Assembly (NCBI GenBank): GCA_002269645.1
Contig: NIVC01003106.1
Span: 121,389 to 156,984 of the forward strand
Length of the DNA stretch: 35,596 nucleotides
Source: Macrostomum lignano
Lineage: Eukaryota
Direction of reading: 5' to 3'
Shown: positions 1-9,525 of the stretch, piece by piece
Layout: every line of letters begins with the position of its first letter
Position numbering within the stretch: the stretch's first letter is position 1
The notes under the pieces: generated by a model
What the model saw: the letters and a program-made list of their open reading frames with translations, nothing else
The model's database searches: none
What the model was told of the DNA's origin: nothing
Made by a program: the position numbers and the translations under genes

Positions 1-336
1 GTGAACAGATGGGAATCAGACGGTGAACAGGTGGGAATCAGACCGGTGAACAGGTGGGAATCAGACCGGTGAACAGATGGAATCAGACCGGTGAACAGGT
101 GGAATCAGACCGTGAACAGGTGGGAATGCAGACCGGTGAACAGATGGGAATCAGACCGGTGAACAGGTGGGAATCAGACCGGTGAACAGGTGGGAATCAG
201 ACCGGTGAACAGATGGGAATCAGACCGGTGAACAGGTGGGAATCAGACCGGTGAACAGATGGGAATCAGACCGGTGAACAGGTGGGAATCAGACCGGTGA
301 ACAGGTGGGAATCAGACCGGTGTGCAGGTGGGAATT
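1..336. repeat. 23-bp minisatellite (GACCGGTGAACAGGTGGGAATCA)n, about 14 copies, truncated by window start
   Basis: Direct tandem periodicity; CAGGTGGG/CAGATGGG variants. Confidence 0.97.
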
Positions 337-621
337 AGCATCCCAATGACAGAAATAGTCACTATTAAATAGAAGGATCTTCAGAAACCTGAGCTGAGCA
401 TAGCAAAATCTGACTCTTTAAGGAGCGAACAGGAGTCAATGGCAAAGAGCCAAACTACAGTTGCCTGTTGAACACGAGCAATACAACAATAGTATTAATT
501 TTCCTAGATAGCAGAGGATCTCACTGACATTTGCGAGTCCAATGGAATTCTATTTTGAGGCAGCGAACCGCACAAGCAGCCAATGAGATTCCTTGTGCAC
601 TCAGCCCCCTCCCCCCCTCAG

Positions 622-1137
622 TACTTGACCTCCGCCGCGATGATCTACGTGCCGACCTACATGAGCCCGAGCGGCATTCTGGGCAGCGTCAGCCATCATC
701 ACCCGACGATCCCGGCGTTGACGGCCAGACGACCGATCAGGTCGGCGGTCGCGCAGACGATTTTTTTTTAGTCGACGGGCGCCGACGGCGCGGTCGACAT
801 GCTGAGCTACAGCCGCGCCTCAGCGGCGTCTTCCGCGGACGCGGGCGCGGTATCGGAAGAGGAGACAACGCGCCGCCGCCGCTGCCCCGCTGCCGCCAAT
901 GCTGCCGATGGCACCACAGTGGTCCCATCGCATCTTCGCTTTTATCAGCGTCAGCGGCAAAGCGACGCCACCCTGGCGACGAACGAGAGCGACGAAGCTG
1001 CCGCCTGCCTGGTGCTGGGAGGCCGCGCAGGAGTTGGAAGGGTTCGAATAATAATAGTAATATTAGTAATAACAATAATAACAACAGGCCAGCACTCTGA
1101 AAGCTGTACACGGCAGCCATGGAATCGATTGCCGTGA
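622..1137 (+). other. Orphan coding-like segment (possible exon of an upstream gene or of the Kv transcript), with an in-frame TAG at 769-771
   Basis: Acceptor ccccccctcag at 611-621, then a frame with strong GC3 bias (TAC TTG ACC TCC GCC GCG ATG ATC TAC GTG CCG...; YLTSAAMIYVPTYMSPSG). The same frame continues GC3-rich after the TAG. No family recognised. Confidence 0.4.
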
Positions 1138-1266
1138 GCTGCTGTTTGCGGCGATTTCTATATTAGCGCGGTGAAGTTTCATTGTCCCCGATAAAAAGAT
1201 ATAGATACTTTTTTGGCTGTTAAAAATACTGTTTTCATCATGATGAGGCATATTTTTTAAGTCAGT

Positions 1267-2421
1267 TTCCCTACCTGTCCATAAGATTCCCTACCTGTCC
1301 ATTAGATTCCCTACCTGTCCATAAGATTCCCTACCTGTCCATAAGATTCCCTACCTGTCCATAAGATTCCCTACCTGTCCATAAGATTCCCTACCTGTCC
1401 ATAAGATTCCCTACCTGTCCATAAGATTCCCTACCTGTCCAAAAGATTCCCTACCTGTCCACAAGATTCCCTACCTGTCCGTAGGACTTCCTACATGTCC
1501 ATAAGACTCTCTACCTGTCCACAAGATTCCCTACCTGTCCACAAGATTCCCTACCTGTCCATAAGATTCCCTACCTGTCCACAAGATTCCCTACCTGTCC
1601 ATAAGATTCCCTACCTGTCCACAAGATTCCCTACCTGTCCATAAGATTCCCTACCTGTCCACAAGATTCCCTACCTGTCCGTAGGACTTCCTACCTGTCC
1701 ATAAGACTCTCTACCTGTCCACAAGATTCCCTACCTGTCCACAAGATTCCCTACCTGTCCATAAGATTCCCTACCTGTCCACAAGATTCCCTACCTGTCC
1801 ATAAGATTCCCTACCTGTCCACAAGATTCCCTACCTGTCCATAAGATTCCCTACCTGTCCACAAGATTCCCTACCTGTCCACAAGATTACCTACCTGTCC
1901 ACAAGATTCCCTACCTGTCCATAAGATTCCCTACCTGTCCACAAGATTCCCTACCTGTTCATAAGATTCCCTACCTGTTCATAAGATTCCCTACCTGTCC
2001 ATAAGATTCCCTACCTGTCCATAAGATTCCCTACCTGTCCATAACATTCCCTACCTGTCCACAAGATTCCCTACCTGTCCATAAGATTCCCTACCTGTCC
2101 ACAAGATTCCCTACCTGTCCATAAGATTCCCTACCTGTCCATAAGATTCCTACCTGTCCACAAGATTCCCTACCTGTCCACAAGATTCCCTACCTGTCCA
2201 TAAGATTCCCTACCTGTCCATAAGATTCCCTACCTGTCCACAAGATTCCCTACCTGTCCATAAGATTCCCTACCTGTCCATAAGATTCCCTACCTGTCCA
2301 CAAGATTCCCTACCTGTCCACAAGATTCCCTACCTGTCCACAAGATTCCCTACCTGTCCATAAGACTCACTATCTGTTCATAAGACTCTCTACCTGTCCA
2401 TAGGCTTTCCTACCCGTCCAT
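1267..2421. repeat. 20-bp satellite (TTCCCTACCTGTCCA[T/C]AAGA)n, about 57 copies
   Basis: Direct tandem periodicity; ends about 25 bp before the Kv ATG. Confidence 0.98.
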
Positions 2422-2444
2422 TAGTTAGATTCCGTAGAAATATA

Positions 2445-3738
2445 ATGAATAAAAGTGCAAAATTAATCAAAGTCTGCAAACAAACCTCGATAATGAAATC
2501 AATCTTCAGGGCCACCGTGGATCGCCCTGCCAACGAGCCAGACGATGGCAGCCAGCGGCAGCAGCAGCACGTCATGATCAGCAGCCTGCCAGCTCCGCTG
2601 CACAACTGTCATCTGATGGGCTGCGAGCGGATTCGCCTGAACGTTTCCGGCATGCACTTCGAGACCGCCTGGGCATCCTCAACCAGCACCCGCGCACCCT
2701 GCTGGGCAACCCGCAGCGCCGGGCAGTGTACTACGATCAGTCCAGGCGGGAGTACTTCCTGGACCGGCACCGCCCCACCTTCGAGGCCGTGTTCAACTAC
2801 TATCAGTACGGCGGCAAGTTGAAACGACCTCCAACTGTTACAGATGACATCTTCCTGTCCGAGCTGGAATTCTACGACATCGAGCGCGAAGTTATTGAGG
2901 CCTATAAGAAGGATGAAGGCTACATCTCGGAGACTGTGGTGCTGCCCGAGCACCCGCTGCAGAGGGCCGTCTGGATGCTGTTCGAGTACCCGGAGACCAG
3001 CGCCATGGCCTTCGTGGTGCCATCCTGTCGGTGCTGTTCACCGTGGCCTCCATCATCCTCTTCTGCGCCGAGACGCTCAAGGAGTTCAAAGACTCGCACT
3101 GCACCGAGAGGCAGCTGCCGAATTTCCTCGACCCCTTCTTCATCATCGAGTCGGCCTGCACCGCCTGGTTCACCGTTGAACTGCTGGTCCGTTTCATCGT
3201 CTGCCCGTGCAAGAAGGCCTTCATCAAGGATGTGAAGAATGCGGTGGACCTCTCGGCCATCGTGCCGTACTATGTCACCCTCACCAATGTGCTGGTCACC
3301 ATGAGCTGCGAGGGCGCGAAGTCGAGCGCCTCGCTGGCCTTCCTGCGAGTTGTCCGCCTCATCCGGGTGTTCAAGCTCACCAAGCACTCGGCCGACCTGC
3401 AGGTGCTGGTGCTCACCTTCCGGGCCAGCATCGAAGGTCTCGGACTCTTCCTGGTGGCGCTGATAGTCTGCATCCTGCTGTTCTCCTCCACCATCTACTA
3501 TGTGGAGAGCGAGGTGAAGGGCTCGCAGATCGAGAGCATCCCGGACGCGTTCTGGTGGGCGGTGATCACCATGTGCACCGTGGGCTATGGCGACAAGGTG
3601 CCGAAGGGCCCGCTGGGCAAGGTGGTCGGCTCCGTGTGCGCCGTGGCTGGCGTGCTGACCCTGGCGATCCCCGTGCCGATCATCACCGAGAACTTCAACA
3701 AGTTCTACACGCACAAGACTGGGCGGGGCAGGCGGTGA
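2445..3738 (+). CDS. KCNA: Intronless voltage-gated K+ channel, Shaker/Kv1 family (about 431 aa after correcting two 1-nt deletions near 2665 and 3019)
   Basis: T1 domain (ERIRLNVSGMHFET-RLGILNQHPRTLLGNP...EYFLDRHRPTFEAVFNYYQYGGKLKRP), WMLFEYPETS, S1-S3 with conserved acidic residues, S4 LRVVRLIRVFKLTKHS, pore SIPDAFWWAVITMCTVGYGD, S6 GVLTLAIPVPII. Three ORF-track pieces (2445, 2726, 3031) join by two frame changes. Symbol is family-level. Confidence 0.93.
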
Positions 3739-3759
3739 TGGGGGTCTGCCGTTTGCCGA

Positions 3760-3823
3760 CTCTTCTCTGTTGCTATGCAAATCTTCTCTGTTGCTATGCA
3801 AATCTTCTCTGTTGCTATGCAAA
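3760..3823. repeat. 21-bp unit x3 (TCTTCTCTGTTGCTATGCAAA) in the Kv 3' region
   Basis: Direct repeats visible. Confidence 0.9.
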
Positions 3824-3918
3824 TTGCTCATTTCTGTTTTCTCTGCTCACTGTCCAGTCCATTCCAATTTACTAATTTCAATTTTACCCACAGATTGCCC
3901 GAAATCCCCACATCCCTT

Positions 3919-4005
3919 TCCAATAATCCTCATTCCAATAATCCCCATTCCAATAATTCCCATTCCAATAATCCCCATTCCAATAATCCCCATTCCAGTA
4001 ATTCC
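3919..4005. repeat. 15-bp unit (CAATAATCCCCATTC) about x5-6
   Basis: Direct repeats visible. Confidence 0.9.
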
Positions 4006-4404
4006 CCTTACGCATATTTAAATTCCGCCGATTCCCAAAATTGGCCAATTGAAGAGTTCACAGATTTTCAAAGTTAGTTGATTTGTCACCAAATTAGCGA
4101 TATCTGAGTAGCAGAACTCCCATCGGCCCACACAGTTTAATCCCATTTTTTAGTACTTTTAAACTGAAATTAAACAACAAAATGAAGGACTGCGAAGCGC
4201 CGGCCAGAGCGAAACTGCTGACGCAGAGGAATGCTAAGATTTCCACGAAAAAATCGCTAATAAACGAGATGAGAGCCGCCCGACGGCTATAATGAGGCTG
4301 ACTCGGCGCCATGAAGTCATGGGCGGCTGCCGTCTTGCTTCAACAGTTTAATTGGAAAGTTTTCCCAGCGTCAACACTGCATGCGAACTCCCAAATCCCT
4401 GCTC

Positions 4405-4405
<1 letters not shown>

Positions 4406-4446
<41 letters not shown>
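4406..4446. repeat. (GA)n microsatellite
   Basis: Direct. Confidence 0.97.
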
Positions 4447-4450
<4 letters not shown>

Positions 4451-4526
4451 TACTTCTGATTTACCACGATTGCAACCCTGTCTGTCGTTGTGATTCTCCA
4501 TCAATCAATTGCTGATTTCCATTGTA

Positions 4527-4532
4527 AATAAA
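4527..4532 (+). promoter_or_regulatory. Candidate polyadenylation signal for the Kv gene
   Basis: AATAAA about 790 nt after the stop, followed by T-rich sequence. Confidence 0.4.
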
Positions 4533-4676
4533 TGCAATTACAATTTTTGTTAAGTTTTTTCTTTTGATAATATTTGCTTTTTTCTGCTAGTTGACTATCT
4601 GCCGAAAACAAAATTTCAACTTAAATGCAGTAGCAAATTATTTCGTTTAAATTAATTAGCTCTGCTCTTCTGTTTT

Positions 4677-5229
4677 TGTTCTGTTCTGTTCTGTTCTGTT
4701 CTGTTCTGTTCTGATCTGTTCTGTTCTGATCTGTTCTGTTCTGATCTGTTCTGATCTGTTCTGATCTGTTCTGATCTGTTCTGTTCTGTTCTGTTCTGAT
4801 CTGTTCTGATCTGTTCTGATCTGTTCTGTTCTGATCTGTTCTGATCTGTTCTGTTCTGATCTGTTCTGTTCTGTTCTGTTCTGTTCTGATCTGTTCTGAT
4901 CTGTTCTGATCTGTTCTGATCTGTTCTGATCTGTTCTGTTCTGATCTGTTCTGATCTGTTCTGATCTGTTCTGATCTGTTCTGTTCTGATCTGTTCTGAT
5001 CTGTTCTGTTCTGATCTGTTCTGTTCTGTTCTGTTCTGATCTGTTCTGATCTGTTCTGTTCTGATCTGTTCTGATCTGTTCTGTTCTGTTCTGTTCTGTT
5101 CTGTTCTGATCTGTTCTGATCTGTTCTGATCTGTTCTGTTCTGATCTGTTCTGATCTGTTCTGTTCTGTTCTGATCTGTTCTGTTCTGTTCTGTTCTGAT
5201 CTGTTCTGATCTGATCTGTTCTGTTCTGT
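4677..5229. repeat. Pentanucleotide microsatellite (CTGTT/CTGAT)n
   Basis: Direct. Confidence 0.98.
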
Positions 5230-5676
5230 CAGTCCCCAGAGAATCCCTCAGCTGAGCAGCTCACACGGTGGAATCGCCAGTCAGACAGAACAGTCACCCG
5301 CAACGCTCGCATTTGAGTCGGGTGAGTTCTGCAGAGCGCAATAGTGGCAGTCCGTGAGGACATGCCAACTTTTAGGGGCGGCGTTTCCTCTTGAAGCTCA
5401 ACAATGCTTGCTTTTTTGCAATTGCGTATCGAGCAGCCCACTGGCGCATAGAAGCTGTTGAAGAAGTGTCGGGGGTCCTGGACCAGTGCTTGCTTGGTTT
5501 TTGTGAAGAGAATAGCGCATTATAGCTAAATGCATTTATTTCTAGCTGTTTGATTGGAGAACAATGGCCAGGCAAATTTGACTTGCGGAGTTGCTGTGCG
5601 ACCCTTCAGTGTTGTACAGGCAGTGCGCTACTTCTCGCTTTGACACCAGTGAATTTTAGTTGCTAGGGAAGTAGCG

Positions 5677-5970
5677 CTCACCCTCTCACCCTCTCACCCT
5701 CTCACCCTCTCACCCTCTCACCCTCTCACCCTCTCACCCTCTCACCCTCTCACCTCTCACCCTCTCACCTCTCACCCTCTCACCCTCTCACCCTCTCACC
5801 TCTCACCCTCTCACCTCTCACCCTCTCACCTCTCACCCTCTCACCCTCTCACCCTCTCACCTCTCACCCTCTCACCTCTCACACTCTCACCCTCTCACCT
5901 CTCACCCTCTCACCTCTCACCCTCTCACCTCTCACCCTCTCACCTCTCACCCTCTCACCCTCTCACCCTC
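5677..5970. repeat. (CTCACCCT/CTCACCT)n 8/7-bp repeat
   Basis: Direct. Confidence 0.97.
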
Positions 5971-6829
5971 CGCACCATTCTACCTCTCCCTTTCTGTCTG
6001 TGGGGTCGCTTCTCTCTCCTAGAAGATCCCAGCAATTTCTATTGCACTCTCCCCACAGTAGGCAAGCGGCTATAACCTTCTCCCAATTCAACCCTCCATC
6101 ATGCCCTCCTCCTAGCTGCCAACTGGATCGCCCCTTCTCTCTCCTTGACCCCCAAAATCGGGCAGTCGTGAGTCACTCCGACAAGCACTTGCACTGTACC
6201 AGCTGCAGTGCCAGGTCAAGGCTCTGTTTTCAAACCCCTCCCTCTCGCACGCATAATAACAGTAAAATTGTTCAGCTCTTAATTACCCCGAACTTTGCAA
6301 GAACATCAGCAAAAAAACGGCTGCGCCAGCAACAAGGCAGAAGATGCAGGCAAAGTTTCGAAAGTTCGCGGGTCGGAATGAATTATCTCTCTGGCCATAT
6401 TCCCTATCCGCGAGTTCATATTTGCTCCGCTGGCTGCCCGGCGACCTCACGATTGCAGCTCATCCATCAAGCCGGAACGGGACGGTGGGCAGCCCCCGCA
6501 TGGCTCTGATATCCAAGGCGCCTGAATTTGGCTAAGCTGATTGAAAATCATTGCCTGGTCTTTTGGACACTTGCTGGATCGAGCGGCTGTTGCACTGCTG
6601 CCTGGCTATTTGCACTGCTGCCTCTGATTGTCTGTCTGAGACCCCACCGCCTTTTCTCCCATTCCTGCACTTTCTTGCCATTCCCCTCCTTCGTTTCTCT
6701 GCGCATCCTTTTACGCTCCCCCCTCACACTTCCTCTTACACTCCCTCTCTGCCTCTCTTTCTCTCTAGCACCCTGCCTCTTCGATCCATTTCGCTCTCCC
6801 TCTCGCTTTTCTCTCCCTCCCTCTGCGTA

Positions 6830-7700
6830 TCTTCTTCTCTCTCTCTCCCTCTCCCTCTCCCTCTCCCTCTCCCTCTCCCTCTCCCTCTCCGTCTCTCTCT
6901 CTCTCCCTCTCCCTCTCCCTCTCCCTCTCCGTCTCTCTCTCTCCCTCTCCCTCTCCCTCTCCCTCTCCGTCTCTCTCTCCCTCTCCCTCTCCCTCTCCAT
7001 CTCCCTCTCTCTCTCCCTCTCCCTCTCCCTTATTCCCCTCCCTCTCCCTCTCCCTCTCTCTCTCCCTCTCCGTCTCCCTCTCCCTTTTTCCCCTCCCTCT
7101 CCCTCTCCCTCTCCCTCTCCCTCTCCCTCTCCCTCTCCCTCTCCGTCTCGCTCTCCCTTTTTCCCCTCCCTCTCCCTCTCCCTCTCCCTCTCCCTCTCCC
7201 TCTCCCTCTCCCTCTCCCTCTCCCTCTCCCTCTCCCTCTCCCTCTCCCTCTCCCTTTCCCTCTCCCTCTCCCTCTCCCTCTCCCTCTCCTTCTCCCTCTC
7301 TCTCTCCCTCTCCCTCTCCCTCTCCCTCTCCCTCTCTCTCTCCTTCTCCCTCTCCCTCTCCCTCTCTCTCTCCCTCTCCCTCTCCCTCTCCCTCTCCCTC
7401 TCCCTCTCCTTCTCCCTCTCTCTCTCCCTCTCCCTCTCCCTCTCCCTCTCCCTCTCCCTCTCTCTCTCTCCCTCTTCCTCTCCCTCTCTCTCTCCCTCTC
7501 CCTCTCCCTCTCCCTCTCCCTCTCCCTCTCCCTCTCCTTCTCTCTCTCCTTCTCCCTCTCCCTCCCTCTCTCCCTCCCTCTCCCTCTCCCTCTTCCTCTC
7601 CGTCTCCCTCTCTCTCTCCCTCTCCCTCTCCCTTTTTCCCCTCCCTCTCCCTCTCCCTCTCCGTCTCCGTTTCCCCCTTTCTCTTCCTCTATACCTTTCT
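6830..7700. repeat. Homopyrimidine/homopurine (CTCTCC)n tract
   Basis: About 870 bp almost purely C/T on the + strand; source of the spurious SL/LP/ER-repeat ORFs. Confidence 0.97.
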
Positions 7701-8857
7701 TTCCTTCAGATTTCTTTCTTTCAGATTGAAGAATCTGAAGTTTTTGTAAGAGCGTGTCCGAGGCATTCACTAGAACTGGAGCTCCATACGTCATGCTGCT
7801 TTCGATATAAGACCTGTAAATGAGCTTTAACGCAAGTTGGGAGATTCTGGAATTACGTGCGATTCTTCTTAAGGCCCCAAGTTTGGAGATAGTTGTGCCA
7901 GCAACCTGTGAAATGTGCTGATCATATTTAGTTCTTTATCAAGAGTGATACCTATAGAAAAGTAACGGAGTCAGTACCTGATCGCATCCCTACCAAGTTT
8001 AAGCGGAGGTTTTTCCGGACCTGTAATTCGTTAATTGCGATACTTGAAGAATGAAATAGCCTTACTCTTGGTAGGATTAATGCTGATTCCAATATTGTCA
8101 AGCCATCTTTTCAGGGTACAATCTGACCAATTTTTGCTCTCGGCGATGACCCAAAAATATTACTCAGCATTAGCATATATGCAGTTTTATTTCAGTCTTT
8201 TACTACTTAATAGGTAATAATCATCGGCAGTAGTAAAGTTGGCGCATAGAATGCGAAAAATGTTTAAAAATTAAAAATTTCGTGTGATGAGTTTCATACA
8301 GAATTCCGCTAAAGCTTATGCGCAGTATATACTTCAGTAACGTTAATGGTCTGTATATTTTCTAAGTATACCAATTTAATGCATGTGGCTGGTGACACAA
8401 GAGAGGAGGCCGTCCTTAAAGCTAAATAAAATTCTCATAGTAGCAGAAAAAATTAAGAACACTAAAAAATTCATTCACCTTATATTAATGCATCACGGGG
8501 AAGGTAAAGTTGATAAAGGAATCCTGTGCGAGCAGGTCATCCGAATGTCCCATATTGGGACCAACGAAAAGGCAGAACTCAAGCCAGAGAGACCCGCGAC
8601 AAAAATGGTTAATCCCTCTTTTTCGAGGCTGGCAGCTCATTAATTATTAATGGGCTTGACTTTCCTGGCGCAGCCTGCCGTGCTTGGGCATGCTGGGCCT
8701 CTGGAGAGAGGATTTTTCAGCGAGATCGCGATCCCCAATTGATTTGGGATTTTTATCCCACTTGTTTGAACGGCGCGGCTCGGTATTCGATCGAGAGTGG
8801 CAAAATATTTAATTTTTTGATACCAGTAAGTCGCAGCATGACAATTTTAATATGGGA

Positions 8858-9418
8858 TTGGGGTTGTCAGTGGGTGTCAATTTGAGGTTGTCAGTAGGTG
8901 TTGATTAGGGTTGTCAGTAGGTGTTGATTAGGGTTGTCAGTGGGTGTCAATTTGAGGTTGTCAGTAGGTGTTGATTAGGGTTGTCAGTAGGTGTTGATTA
9001 GGGTTGTCAGTAGGTGTTGATTAGGGTTGTCAGTGGGTGTCAATTTGAGGTTGTCAGTAGGTGTTGATTAGGGTTGTCAGTAGGTGTTGATTAGGGTTGT
9101 AAGTAGGTGTCGATTTGGGGTTGTCAGTAGGTGTTGATTAGGGTTGTCAGTAGGTGTTGATTAGGGTTGTTAGTAGGTGTCGATTTGGGGTTGTCAGTGG
9201 GTGTCAATTGAGGTTGTCAGTGGGTGTCAATTGGGGTTGTCAGTGGGTGTCAATTGGGGTTGTCAGTGGGTGTCAATTAGGATTGTCAGTGGGTGTCAAT
9301 TATGGCTGTCAGTGGGTGTCAATTTGGGGTTGTCAGTGGGTGTCAATTATGGTTGTCAGTGGGTGTCAATTTGGGGTTGTCAGTGGTTGTCAATTATGGC
9401 TGTCAGTGGGTGTCAACT
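8858..9418. repeat. About 20-23-bp minisatellite (GGGTTGTCAGT[A/G]GGTGT[T/C][G/A]ATT[A/T])n downstream of stomatin
   Basis: Direct tandem periodicity with two variant classes. Confidence 0.95.
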
Positions 9419-9525
9419 GTGATGTCAGCTCATTTGCAATCGCTTTCTGTGCTACACTCAACGATCGCTAGGTCACTGTAATCAGCAGCTTGGCAAGGTG
9501 GATTCCACCGCTTCATCAGTCATTT

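Noticed and set aside
4182-4292. 36-aa small ORF (MKDCEAPARAKLL...) after the Kv stop
   Set aside because: Short, no family signal, and no convincing acceptor to make it a Kv C-terminal exon.
5229-6530. Possible LINE/reverse-transcriptase remnants between repeats
   Set aside because: No RT (YxDD) or endonuclease motif could be read in any frame; needs RepeatMasker.
6528-7823. Long SL/LP/ER-rich ORFs (431, 392, 254 aa)
   Set aside because: Translations of the (CTCTCC)n tract, which contains no stop codons; no unique coding signal.
8858-9150. Interstitial telomere (TTAGGG within units)
   Set aside because: Only one hexamer per 23-bp unit, with no tandem (TTAGGG)n.
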